Origin: Octopus vulgaris
Lineage: Eukaryota
Direction: 5' to 3'
NCBI GenBank assembly: GCA_951406725.2
Contig: OX597815.1
Coordinates: forward strand, 31,434,001 to 31,498,000
Length of the DNA: 64,000 bases
Below are positions 13,256 to 26,189 of this stretch, in pieces; position 1 is the stretch's first letter, and each line of letters begins with the position of its first letter. Position numbers and translations under genes: made by a program. A model generated the notes under the pieces. The model had not been told where the DNA came from, ran no database searches, and saw only the letters and a list, made by a program, of their open reading frames with translations.

Positions 13256-13298
13256 ACCAGGTCGCGTGATTTCGACCTTCCTTGGTCTCGTCAATGAT
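13256..13298 (-). ncRNA. type I hammerhead ribozyme-like motif (two core substitutions)
   Basis: Minus strand reads ATCA-TTGACGA-GACC-AAGGAA-GGTC-GAAA-TC-ACGC-GA-C-C-TGGT. Stems I, II and III all pair. C3>U and U16.1>C differ from consensus. Confidence 0.6.
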
Positions 13299-14478
13299 GG
13301 GCGCTCGACCACTAGGGATAGCAGCGACTCATCTCTCCGTGAACGATGCATAAAATAGCCGTACCAAAACAGGCGCTGGTGCTACGATTAGACAGTAAGC
13401 TTGTTAAAAATATACATTAATAACAGAGACAGTTTTAATATGAGAGGTAACAATACTGCCGCTGTCGCTAACATATATTTTTGACGTTTTGGGTTCAAAT
13501 CTCAAAAAATTTGATTTTGGTTATCATCATGTAGATGTCGATAAAATAAACTTCAATCGAGTACTGTGATCAAATGACTGCTATTTTCTAAAACTTGTGT
13601 AACTTTGATTTATATAGTTTATACGTTTTTGTCCTTAGTAAGAATCCCTTCTTTATCGAAAAGGCTGTCCACCAAATCGCAGGTGGCTATTTGTAATGAC
13701 ACTGATGTAAAATGGGCGGGATATCTTGTGTCAAGATGGATTGACAATATTAAAATGATTCTGTATTCAGGCATCCTTATTAAGGTTGAATGATGGAATA
13801 AATATTTGAATAGGTGCCTTGGTAGCATCTTAAAACATTCTTTTAAATCTTGGTTGAAACTCCCCACGACCGTTGAGTTTTTAGGCATCGTTTATCCAAT
13901 AAGTAAATAGCAGTATTATACTCAGGCTGATTCAGTCGATTGTACGACTTCCCTACGAATTAGTAGTCTTTCTTTAAAGTTCAATAACTGTAGATCTTTG
14001 TTTTTGCTTGATATTAATCCAATGACACTCATTTCAAATTCTTAGTTGCATTTCCTAAATAGCGATACACATATCAGAAAGCTTCTGCCTCCTTTAAGAA
14101 TCAACAGCCATTGTTTGTTCGTCGAAATTTACCCTCACCACTCTGGAATCCCTTTAAATCAAGATCGCAACTGAACCTGAACTTGTAGTAGAGGAATAAA
14201 CACATATTCATTACACAGTTTCTAAATTTTACGTTAAGTGTAGCCTTCAAGTTTTACGCAAAGGGTTTAGACACGATTACATTGTTAGTTGCTGTGTCTT
14301 TTGATGGTATCCGTGGGGAAATGGATGTGTGTGGTCTACGTTACACTAAGGACAGACAAACAAGACTATTTACATTATAAACGAAGCTAAATATACAAAA
14401 GTATGTTTTACCTAATAAGTTATAAAAAATATTCTGAACTTACTGAAAAACAGTTTCAAACAGATCGCGTATTATATG

Positions 14479-14517
<39 letters not shown>

Positions 14518-14583
14518 TTTCATGCAAATGTATATACATTATATATATATATGTGTGTGTGTATATATATATGTATGTATATT

Positions 14584-14614
<31 letters not shown>

Positions 14615-15551
14615 AAGATGCTTGCCTGTGTCTGTAATCACGTTTACTACCCTGTTAATGTGTGTATGTATAATAAAAATATATGTGTGAGTAATAGTAG
14701 TAGTAGTAGATTCTAAAAGAAACTCATATATTATTATATATTAAAATATATTTTGGTAGAGTCTGTAGAGTAACCATATTTACTTTAATTCTTGCCTTCC
14801 TGTCACAAAAGCCTTTCCCATTCCGTTTTTTTATTGGGACAATAACAAAGTACCAAAGAACGACTGGGTTGATTTAATCGCCCAAAATATGCTTAATTTC
14901 TGTCCATTGTTAAAACCTATTTAGTTCGAGAAAGGAAGTCTAAGTTTGTAGACATTCCTAGTCCTTACGAGCTGGTTGCGGTGAACGGAGTTGTCAAGAT
15001 AATTGAAATCGACCCAAATCTTTCCAGACTGGTTGGTTAGTGGTGTTGTTTTACTACATATCTAATTTGGCCGAGTATATCTATAACCAAAGTTGTTCAA
15101 GTCATGAGAATCCTATCATTTTGTATATCAGACGATATATATAGGTCTAAGACATATATGTAGAATGTGGTTTGAAGGAGTGACATTTACAGGCTTTTTC
15201 CTTAGCTCATATTTATCTATAGCGCGAAATTGCGGGCGAAGCTTTAACAGGATAAAGGTTTTGGATGGTTACACTTTTGAAGTGATGTTGCCGAGTCCGG
15301 TAAAAATAAGACAGTTGGGGTGTTAAGGAGATGAAGTGGGGCCGAAATCAAAATGGTTTGAATTTGTGTTTTTATAAAGTTTGTTGACTGGAGTAGACAT
15401 AATTTCTGTGGCAACAGAAGCAACTAACAATGCACTGTTTCTCTATTGATAACTACATACAGTTACATGAACAACCAGTGAATCTTGTGTGTTTGAGCCG
15501 ATGTTACTCTATTTCCTGAGATTTCGCACACACAGACATATATATATATAT

Positions 15552-15772
15552 CTTTTATCTGTTACTTGTGTCAGTCAGTTAGACTGTGGCCTTGCTGGGG
15601 CACCGCCTTGAAAAATTTATCGTCAAATGAATCAACCTCAGTACTTATTTTCTTTTTTAAGCCTGGTACTTATTCTATCTGACTCTTTTGCCGAACCGCT
15701 AGTTATGGAGACGTAAACACACCAACACCGTTTGTCAAATGGTGGTGGGGGACAAACACAGGCACAAAACAC

Positions 15773-15821
<49 letters not shown>

Positions 15822-15984
15822 AAGGAACAACGGGCTTCTTTCCTCTTCTATTTACCAAACCTACTCACAAGGCTTTGGCCGGTTCAACGCTAAAGTAGAA
15901 GACACTTGACCAACGCGCCACGAAGTGGAACTGAACGCGGAACCATGAAATTGAAAAGCAAACTTCTTACCACACAGCCACGCC
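15552..15984 (-). mobile_element. SINE B, near full length, diverged
   Basis: Tail hairpin, body, internal TA tract and head (cttaccacacagccacgcc) are all present in reverse orientation. Confidence 0.88.
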
Positions 15985-16316
15985 AAAGATGCATATAAAG
16001 TTTAACAAGTTTGATAAATGGATGTGTAGTCGATAACTTTGTATTATTGATTTATCGCATGAGTCGAAAGTCTTTATCCGACCATCTTTGATCTCTTTTT
16101 GTCACTGACATTTCATGTTTAAAAACAACCATTATCCGGATCATTCTGATGTCTTGTTTTTAAAGAAATTTAGACATCTGGTTCATCTTTGTCGCTTCAC
16201 AACATTGACTTAATCAAAGTGGCACATTACGAAACATATTTCCATAAACTTGCAACAAATACGATAGCAGCAAAGTAAACAGATTTATGATTATACACAC
16301 ATATAAAGACGCCTAA

Positions 16317-16392
16317 TACATACATACATACATACATACATACATACATACATACATACATACATACATACATACATACATACATACATACA

Positions 16393-16422
<30 letters not shown>
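16317..16422. repeat. (TACA)n microsatellite
   Basis: Perfect tetranucleotide array. Confidence 0.95.
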
Positions 16423-16424
<2 letters not shown>

Positions 16425-16814
16425 ATGTAGTGCAGGAATGGATATTCGGCAGTTTACTGCATCTTTCTTCATACTTCTCAACCCTCATTATAGTAATGCT
16501 GTCTACATATTAAGGCATCAACAGAAATATTTTTAAAATATATATAACCCATAGATGCAAATAAGCGAAAGTGACAGTCCGTATTCAGTGAAACAGAAAC
16601 ATAGCAACAGAGAAAAATCCAACACGCCGACAGGCAGGCTAAGTTTAGACATATCTTTAATAAAACCATTAAGAAAGTGACAGTTTGTATTTAGCAGAAC
16701 AGAAACAAGTTTTAATAGAGGACAACCAGTGAAGACACCTGGATATGAACAAGAGAAAGGAGGTTGTTTATAACATAACAACAACAACAACAATAATAAT
16801 AATGATAATAATAA

Positions 16815-17214
16815 TCCTTTCTGCTAAAGGCACAAGGCCTGAAATTTGCGGGGAAGGGACTAGTCGATTACATCGATCCCAGTGTTTAACAGGTACTTAA
16901 TTTATCGATCCCGAAAGGATTAAACGCGAAGTCGATCGACCTCGGCAGAATTTTAACTCAGAACGTAGGGACGGGCGAAATACCTATTTCTTTACTACCC
17001 ACAAGGGGTTAAACACAGAGAGGACAAACAAGGACAGACAAACGGATTAGGTCGATTATATCGACCCCAGTGCATAAGTGGTACTTATTTAATCGACCCG
17101 AAAGGATGAAATGCAAAGTGGACCTTGGCGGAATTTGATCTCAGAACGTAACGGCAGACGAAATACCTCTAAGCATTTCGTCCGGAGTGCTAACGTTTCT
17201 CCCAGCTCGCCGCC
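16815..17214 (-). mobile_element. SINE A dimer in an (AAT)n tract
   Basis: Full monomer with type-1 tail (16984-17214) followed by a truncated monomer with type-2 tail (16815-16983). AAT repeats lie on both sides. Confidence 0.9.
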
Positions 17215-17418
17215 TAATTATAATAATAATAATAGTAATAATGATAATAATAATAATAATCATAATCATCATCACTAACGTAGGCTACATCGAGATAACG
17301 CGATTCCAGATGAGGGTAGGAAAACTAAATTAAAATTCCAGATTGTGAAAATAAGAACATAAATTAAATTAAAAATCTCTTGAATTAACAATTATATACA
17401 GATGCATCATATCTGAAC

Positions 17419-17450
<32 letters not shown>

Positions 17451-17483
17451 CATACATACATACATACATACGTACATGTGTGT

Positions 17484-17751
17484 GGAGGCACATGGCTTAA
17501 TGGTTAGAGCAGCGGACTCGTAGTCGAGGGATCGCTTGTTCGAATCTCAGACCGAGCGATGTGTGTGCTCAGGCAGAAAGTAATGGCGAAACTTCTGCTG
17601 ACTCTTTCGCCTCAACTTTCTCTCACTCTTTCCTCCTGCATCTTGCAGCTCCCCTGCGACGGACCGGCGTCCCGTCCAGGTGGGGAATCTATACGCCAAG
17701 GAGACCGTGAAACCGGCCGTTATGAGCCAGGTGTGGATCGAGAAGGAAGAA
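17484..17751 (+). mobile_element. SINE C
   Basis: GGAGGCACATGGCTTAATGGTTAGAGCAGCGGACTCG...GTTCGAATCTC. Lies between (TACA)n and (CA)n tracts. Confidence 0.8.
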
Positions 17752-17755
17752 ACAC

Positions 17756-17846
<91 letters not shown>

Positions 17847-17848
17847 AT

Positions 17849-17958
17849 TAAGTACCGATAAATTTAAGTTTAAGCACTGGGGTCGATGTAATCGTCTTAA
17901 TCCGTTTGTCTGTCCTTGTTTGTCCCCTCTGTGTTTAGCCCCTTGTGGGTAATAAAGA

Positions 17959-17960
<2 letters not shown>
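17849..17960 (+). mobile_element. SINE A 3' fragment (type-1 tail)
   Basis: gcactggggtcgatgtaatcg...tttagccccttgtgggtaataaagaaa, flanked by (TA)n. Confidence 0.85.
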
Positions 17961-18009
<49 letters not shown>

Positions 18010-18569
18010 AGTATGATGTATACGGCGCTTTATCCCAGCGATGCCTTTGGCATGAAGAACATTTTGCTATGTTCAACCTACTATGATGAGTCAGAACTGA
18101 TTTTTCATCGACTGAAATTAAGAACCACCATGAGAAAGAAATCCGTAAGCGTTAATGAAACTTTTTATAAAAACGGCTGAATAAAAATTAAATTACTATA
18201 TATAGTGGGAAGTGAGCCCTGTCTTTACTAAGCTATGGGAAGACAACTATTGGCATGTTTCAGTCTTATTACACCTCTTGAGTGACGAATAATCAAGACA
18301 AACCATAGAATGACGTGAAGAGGATATAATTTTGGCGTGGAAATAATTAACTGGTGGGTAATTAAGAATAGTAGCATAGAACATTTTTTTTCAAGAGGTA
18401 TCTGCTAGCTGATATAATCATCCAAGCATTGCGTTTAAGCAGAGAAGCAAAAGATATGCATTTAAGTTACGGTGCTATGATGAAATAGTTATCATCTGTT
18501 GCGGAATTACTTGAATTCCAGAGCCTATAGACCTAATAAAACTTGCCCAGCAATGTGCAATGAGCAAAC

Positions 18570-18611
<42 letters not shown>

Positions 18612-18625
18612 TAATAGATATATAT

Positions 18626-18677
<52 letters not shown>

Positions 18678-19055
18678 CGTATATATATACATGCAGCTAT
18701 TTTCTGCCAAGCAGACGATGAACCATCTGCTTATGTTAAGTAAACAGATCACGTTAAACTGTAAATATGATTAAATGAGTTGTAATGAAGACGTTAATTA
18801 TACTTAAAAAGCTTGGTGTTCTGTGTTTTAGTATATCAGCTCTTGTGATACACATTTACATACAGAAATAGGTTTCATACAACGAAAAGTATTGTTGGTC
18901 AATCGAAACAAAACAAATACTGTGTTGTTTGAACTACATATGAAAAAAAAAAAGCAGGGCGTAGTGGGAAAGTAACGCCATTACTTTAAGACTTGTTATT
19001 ATGTTGGTCAAATCTTCTATGACTGCATTTTCAGTAGAATTTGGATCTGAATGAT

Positions 19056-19096
<41 letters not shown>

Positions 19097-19734
19097 TGAG
19101 AGAGAGACAGATCGGCAGGTAGGCAGAATCTAGTTGATAAGTGCGTTCCAGCAAATGAAGGGACGAGATCATATCCAACATGTTCCACTGAGTAAATATC
19201 TCAGAATATCGAGTTACATGGTTCTTGCTCCAACTTCAGATTCTGGAGTAGGAAGTTTGGTAAAGAAGAGAGAATAAATAGCGGGTAAAAATAAATAATC
19301 CCGCGTGTTTAATTATTGCATGTTGTCCCCACGTCAGATTACCATTTAATAACAATTCCCATTAAAAGAATCATTTTGATGCAATTACAACTACTACTAA
19401 CAAGAACCACCAACGAACGAATCTTTATAAGGTTTACTCGACATGCTAAAAGTAGTGACCAAAGTTCTTTTAATTTATGCCCTTCCGTTTTAAAAAGTGA
19501 AATTCTCTCTGAAAATATAACCCCCTCTCTCTCTCTCACACACACTCACATACACACACAAACACACACACAATTACACAAGCATACACGCATATACGTA
19601 TTATGTCCAAGAAGATATGTTTGTGGGTGGAACACGTTCGGTTATAGTTCTAACAACCAATGCTAACCTGGGTTTTAACAGCAACAAATACTTCATAGCT
19701 ATAATAATAATAATAATGATAATAATAATAATAA

Positions 19735-19935
19735 TCCTTTCATTTAAAGGTACGAGGTCTGAAATTTCGAGGATGCGAGTCTAGTCGATCACATCAACTA
19801 GAGTGCTCAACTGGTACTTTTTCATCGGATGAACAGTAAAGTCGACATCGGTGGCATTTAATCTCAGAACGTGAAAAAGCTTAAAGAAATAACGATAGAC
19901 ATTTTGTTCGCCGTGCTAACGATGTTGCCAGCTCA
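19735..19935 (-). mobile_element. SINE A, diverged, type-2 tail adjoining (AAT)n
   Basis: Core (ctggtact...gtaaagtcgac...ctcagaacgt) and head are recognisable. (AAT)n at 19700-19734. Confidence 0.7.
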
Positions 19936-20931
19936 TCCCTATCTATAAAAACAACAAGCCAACAATGAACAAGCGTCGAAACCGACAGGGACCCCTCTAT
20001 GTGTGTGTATATATGTATGTGTGCGTGTGTGTGTGTGTAATTGGTATTTTATGCGTTCACACAACACATACACACATAATCCTTGCATTGCTATGATTCC
20101 AAACGTTAATATACGAACACGTTGATATTTAAAATCTTAATGTGTTCGTATATTAATGAGAAAAGTCGATTCAAGTGAGAATATACGAATACGTTATGCA
20201 GTCATCGCTTGTTGTAACGAGATATGAAAGAGGTGATGTTTGGTCTGCATGCATTTATATTTCTTCTCGTATGCCATACTGATCGTTTCTCTTTCTTTAA
20301 TGTGTGTGTGTGTGTGTACGTATGCATAAGTCACGTGTAAATTAGACTTGGCAGCAATCGATAAGATAAAGCCTGCTATTTCTTTTAACAATTTCCGTTA
20401 GACGAAAATACGTACATTTGATGTCTATCACTTCCTGATTTAATTGAAAAAACGATAATTTATGTTTCATACGGTATTAGCATTTTCACATTTTTACTCT
20501 TTTTTATACATTTGGCTTCCCTTCGCTTGATCTTCATAAATATTTTCTCTGAAGATCTTGTTCAAACGCGCGTACGTAGATATATATTCACAGCCATTTT
20601 GACCCAATGAGAATCAAGATTCACAGATTATATCTCCTTCAGACAATAGGGAGCCGAACTTAAGGCTTCCTCCTCACCTCTACATGTAATCACTTTATAT
20701 AAAGGAATAAGAAATATTTCTTTATACTTAATTCTTGAAACTGACGGAGAGTAACTAGGTCTGTTGCGCTATCTTTCTGTCGTAAGTTCAAATTTCAACA
20801 GATTTTGATTCGGCCTCGGTCGGTTAAAAAGTAAACTCAACTCCAACGTGAGTTAAATTCCTTTTTTTATTTAGAAACGAATTGAAGTAAAGCAAGTTCA
20901 GTACTTCGTTGTTTCTGTTACTCTCGAACAG

Positions 20932-21171
20932 ATGGCGGTGAGCTGACAGAAACGTTAGCACGCCGGGCGAAATGTGTACCCGTATTTCGTCTGCCGTTAC
21001 GTTCTGAGTTTAAATTCCGCCGAGGTCGACTTTGCCTTTCATCCTTTCGGGGTCGATAAATTAAGTACCAGTTACGCACTGGGGTCGATGTAATCGATTT
21101 AATCCGTTTGCCTTTTGCCTATCCTTGTTTGTCCCCTCTGTGTTTAGCCCCTTGTGGGTAGTAAAGAAATA
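20932..21171 (+). mobile_element. SINE A monomer with 15-bp target-site duplication
   Basis: TSD gttactctcgaacag at 20917-20931 and 21172-21186. Confidence 0.93.
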
Positions 21172-21888
21172 GTTACTCTCGAACAGTCTACCATATTAAA
21201 AAATCAGCAGAAAGATTTCCGAACAAAATTTATTCAGAGTAACTCACGGCGAAAGAACAGTCGTGTGTTTGAATGTATGTATGATGTTTGCGTGTATGTA
21301 TAGTGTGTGTGCGTGTATGCGTGAATGATGAATAATGTGATGTGTGTGTGTGTATTTCCAAATGTAAAAGGACGAGTTAATTGGTTTAAAAAGGACATCA
21401 TATGTAAACCAAATTCCTCTGCCATAGAATCAGCGGGATATTTGCTATGGCAGGTCAGCATCATTTCACCAAATAGACATCTGACAGCTAAACGAACTCT
21501 TTAGCTTTAAATTTGTCTTTTCTACTGAGGAATTTGGTACCTAGCTGACAGAACCAGTTTGTATGGGACTCTGCGTATATGTTTGCACGGGATTCCGTTA
21601 ATATGTGGGTGTATACACTGACAGATATATGAGTGTGTGTGTTTCAATTAAGTTTGACGTATACAGATGTGGTGCGTGTGAGTATGCGCGCCTATGGCAA
21701 TGCGGATATCTATGTCTGTTCCAATGTTAAATTTTTTTTATGCCTGTTGTTGTCATTGTTTAAGCCCAGGTTAGATCTGCCTAAGCAAACCTAACTCGAT
21801 GACTTTCTAGGTCATCGTGTATCGAAGACTACTTTAACTAATGTGCTCTTCCGTTTTCAAGAATGTGAAATTTTATTTCATAGAGACT

Positions 21889-22105
21889 TACTCTTTTACT
21901 TGTTTCAGTCATTTGACTGCGGCCATGCTGGAGCACCGCCTTTAGTCGAGTAGGACTTATTCTTTGTAAACCTAATACTTATTCTATCGGTCTGTTTTGC
22001 CGAACCGCTAAGTTACGGGGACGTAAACACAACAGCATCGGTTGTCAAGCGATGTTGTGGGGACAAAGACAGACACACAAACATACACACACACGCGCGC
22101 GCGCG

Positions 22106-22148
<43 letters not shown>

Positions 22149-22246
22149 GTATATATGTATGTGTGTTTATATGTTTGTGTGTCTGTGTTTGTCCCCACAA
22201 CATCGCTTGACAACCGATCCTGGTGTGTTTATGTCCCCGCAACTTA
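21889..22246 (-). mobile_element. SINE B 3' half with inverted duplication
   Basis: Minus-strand 3' half at 21889-22092, then (TA)n, then a plus-strand copy of the same segment at 22160-22246. Confidence 0.88.
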
Positions 22247-22331
22247 ATATATATATATATATATATATAAAATTTACTTGACTTTATATTTTTATATTTA
22301 TATTTAACTAGTGTTGATAATCGAATTATTA

Positions 22332-22714
22332 TCTCTCTATATATAAACGGCAGTTTGTCTGTGCGTGTTTCTGTGTGTCTGTTTGCTTGTACCCTCACCC
22401 TGACCACGGCTTTCAACCGATTCTGATGAAACTTGACACACACATAGCCTAATGTCATAATTCAAAACTAACGTAGCGAAAATTTTGAAAAGTTCCCCCA
22501 GTTCTGAAAAAAATCGATAAATTCGACATGGGGTCGAGAATCAGAAACACAAACCGCAAACTGTCTAGGGGACGCAACTCCACCTTTTTTCACTCTCAAA
22601 AAAATTTACCATCATTTTTTTCCATTTTTTTGCTATTTTTTGGCTATAACTCTCTAAAAATGCTTTATAGTTATTTCCCTTACAAACCTGAGCAACGCCG
22701 GGCGATACTGCTAG
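22332..22714 (+). mobile_element. complete non-autonomous Helitron
   Basis: Starts TC (A|TCTCTCTATATATAAA) and ends CTAG|T, so it sits at an A|T target without a TSD. Subterminal hairpin cctgagcaacgccggg at 22687-22702. The internal GTCT/GTGT tract and ccgattctgatgaaacttg motif are typical of such elements. Confidence 0.85.
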
Positions 22715-24916
22715 TCAAAAATATATCAGCTCTGAGCATCCGATTTTATTTTAAGACTTTCTACATCTAGGACTACACTATCCAACGTGTTCTTTGTGAA
22801 AGAAAGGAAAGTGTGATTTGCTGCTAATTCTGTATATCTTTCTGTTCTTTTGTAGGTTTACTGTCACTAGACTGTAACCATGCTGAATCGTTGTATCGTC
22901 TAAAAGAAATTTTAGTCGCATATCGACATCCCTATGTATTTTATCGATCTCTAACCGCGAAATCGAAGCGTTTTGATATAAGGGAACACAACTCAGCATA
23001 CTCGACTTCAGATTTCTGTGGTTAATATAACCACACATACACACATATCTTGGAAAAGTTTTTAAAAATCAACAAAAATCATATCAAATAGTCTATAAAA
23101 TTCCAATCACAATGCATTGGCCCCCTCAATGGTGTGTAGAAGATACTTCGTAAAAGGCCGTTCAATAAGACCAAAGTCGGAGTCATGTAATAGTAAATCG
23201 AGCTTATTTATCACAATGCTATTCCCGCACTCTTAAGTCTCAAAGAAATTGTAGCTTAAATCATAATTAACTCAATTATTTATATTTCGAAACCAAATTA
23301 CAATCCATATTTCTGCAATTTTCATCCCCATAAGCAACTTACCAATGGATGTTAAGTACAGCAACCAATTGAAATTGGAGTGCACAGCTGCTCGAGCAGG
23401 ATGAAATAGCAGCCAACGTTTCTTCTAATTAAACGATACAGTCTTTCCAAAATTGAACACACTAGAAAATGTAATCTTAAATACAGCTCTAATAGAGAAA
23501 ACTTGGGGTTGTCAAACATTTCCGATGAGATGTAGAAAGATGAATGCAGTAATAAAACAATATAAGAGGAAACAAAAGTTACGGATTGAATCCGAATCCG
23601 CGCTTCCATAGTTCAATTGATAATATGCAGTATTGACCCACGGTCAACAGTCAAACAATCGGTATTCTGAAATAGTCTATTTTAATTCTTTCATAGTTTT
23701 ATACCTCTAAAAAGATATTGTTAACAACGTTTTACGGTCGCTGACTGCCATAACCCAGTTCCCTGAACGTACTTAATTCTTTGTGCAAAATGTGTAAAAA
23801 AAAATTCTGTTATATTTTTAATAGTTGTTTAGTTCCAGGTTAAGCCTGGCTGTAGCTAAATTTATAGCGTCAGACAATTGACCAGAAATCGTTGTACTGT
23901 GATCGTAGTTAAGGTGCTTTATTAGTTTAGCTTTGAACGTAAATTATAAATGGGTAACATGAAAATATATACGGATCAGTACTGTTGGCAGTGGGTAGAA
24001 TGTTATATAATTCACTAGTAATTATTACTTGAGGAAAATCTAGAATAAAACTGGTGATGATGTGTGTCAGCAATAATTTATACACCGGAGAACATATAGC
24101 AAGTTCATTAAGTTTAATTGGTGTGAAGAATGAAGAATCTAACTTTCAGATTTCGCCCTACGTCTGGAAGTGGTAGGGAGAGAAAGCAGTGTTGGCATTT
24201 CGGTTCACGTTTAGCAGCTGGTCGGCTCCGACTGAACTGACCTTCCTACCATAGCCATCTCTTCTCTTTCTCAGTAATTGCCTATCTAAAACTATATTAT
24301 ACCTTGTGATTTTCCTTTTCTTTTCTTTTTCTTTCTTTTCTTTTTCTTTTTCTTTCTTTTCATCTTTTTTTTTTTCAAAACTGTAGGGCATAGTCTAAGG
24401 AAGATTTTGCAGCTGTTTCTAAACAGTTGAATGATCACGGAATTGTAGCTTACAGTGCTGTGTTCAAATTCTTATGCTAGTTTGGACATTCTCAACAGTT
24501 TAAAAAAACAAAAATGACAACTACAACAATATCTAATTGGAAAACATTGATTCGTGTAATTTTTAAACAATGAACAATTGATAAAAGGAGATAAAAATGG
24601 AGTCTGGAAATTGATATAATGTGTTCACATTAATTAACCCCGATTTACCAATAAAGGCATCTTAAGTGTATTTAAATATTTAAATATTATTGACAGCTCG
24701 AAAGAATAGAATCGGTTTCTAGGAAATATATCATATCACCTTAACATATTCATTAATTAGTGATGTAATCAACTGTTTATGTTACATAATCTGAAATGTA
24801 TAATAGTAAGGTTTATTAAATTATAAGCAATACAAATTTTAACCAGAGATGTGTAATTGGAATCTACATCAAAGACCACGCACCCTACTCTCCATCTACC
24901 TATGGATATAGATATG

Positions 24917-25128
24917 GATTCCAAATTTTGACACAAGGCCAGTCATTTCGAGGGAGGGAGTAAGTCGATTACACCTACCCCAATGTTCAACTGGTACTTA
25001 TTTCATCGACTCTGAAAGGATGATAGGCAAAGTCGACCTTGGCAGAATTTTAACACAGAACGTAAAGATGGACGAAATACCGCAAAGCCTTTTGCTCGAT
25101 GTCCTAACGATTCTGCCAGCTCGCTGCC
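24917..25128 (-). mobile_element. SINE A monomer, type-3 tail
   Basis: Head, core and ccaaattttgacacaaggcc tail, in reverse orientation. Confidence 0.85.
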
Positions 25129-25875
25129 TTTGTGAAGATAGATGTTAACTTGTAGTTATTGTTTTTTAGTCTTCTGCCAATTTGAAAGTTTCCGTTGGTT
25201 CCGTAGAATTTGTCCGGGATGTAAATGTTACTGACGCGTTCCTGTATAAACTATTTTGTGTTTCACACGTAATATTGAGAAATGTATATGTGTTATAGAG
25301 AAGGTAGGATGTAATAGAAGTCTTCAATGCAAAACGAGTGGAAAATAAATTCACTCAATAACTCGGTTATAACAATCTATAATTTTGATTTGATAACTTT
25401 TTTACACGAGAAGTCATGTGCAAACAACACCGAAGCTGTTATTTACATGCTTAGTGAAGCATGTCGTGATAATCAAGGGTTGATGTTTAAGCTGCGATAA
25501 TACAAGGTGTTTCAAGTAATAACACGATCTTAGAGTAATCTTTGAGTTTGTAATTTTGTTTAAATGTTGATTGTTTTCTGCTCATATCTGTGCATATATC
25601 TGCGATGTGGGGAAGTGGCAAACTTCTCGAAATGCATGATTATGATATGGTTTTGGTCCTTGGTTCAACTATTTCCATGCTTCACCTACTTCCACAATTT
25701 TCTCTCTCTCTCTCTCTCTCCCTTTCACCAAGCAAGGAGCTTGTACATGTTTCCAAAACTTCGTAGAAATAATTCTAAAATCTTCATCAAATCACACCCT
25801 ACGGTCTTAAAAAAGAATGACACATAAAATAATACATACACACACACACACACATACGCTCCTTATCCCAGAATC

Positions 25876-26125
25876 GTGAAGTAACGGGGATGTAAACAAA
25901 CCTATACGGATTGTCAAGTGACAAAGACAAGCATAAAGAGGGTACCATACAAGTGCGGTGCGCAACCGGCTTATACATAGTTTTCTATCAAATTCTGTCC
26001 CCAAAGAATTGGTCAACTTGTGAGGCTATAGTAGAAAGCCGTCTGTACAAGATGTTAAACAGCAGGTTTGAACCAGAAACAAACATGATCCGAAGCAAAC
26101 GTGTTCATCACTCAGCTATGCCTGC
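25876..26125 (-). mobile_element. SINE B, old diverged copy
   Basis: gtaacggggatgtaaacaaacc...ggattgtcaag...gaggctatagtagaa matches family B in reverse. Confidence 0.65.
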
Positions 26126-26158
26126 AAATATATGCTTGTATATATACATAATACATAC

Positions 26159-26189
<31 letters not shown>

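Noticed and set aside
16567-16710. Short diverged direct repeat (gaaagtgacagt...acagaaaca); similar local duplications at 43075-43153 and 63255-63350
   Set aside because: Ordinary local slippage duplications with no further structure.
18080-18290. Two oppositely oriented degenerate hammerhead-like strings (about 18083-18118 plus, 18250-18285 minus)
   Set aside because: Each has several core mismatches and lacks convincing stems, so it cannot be distinguished from chance by eye.
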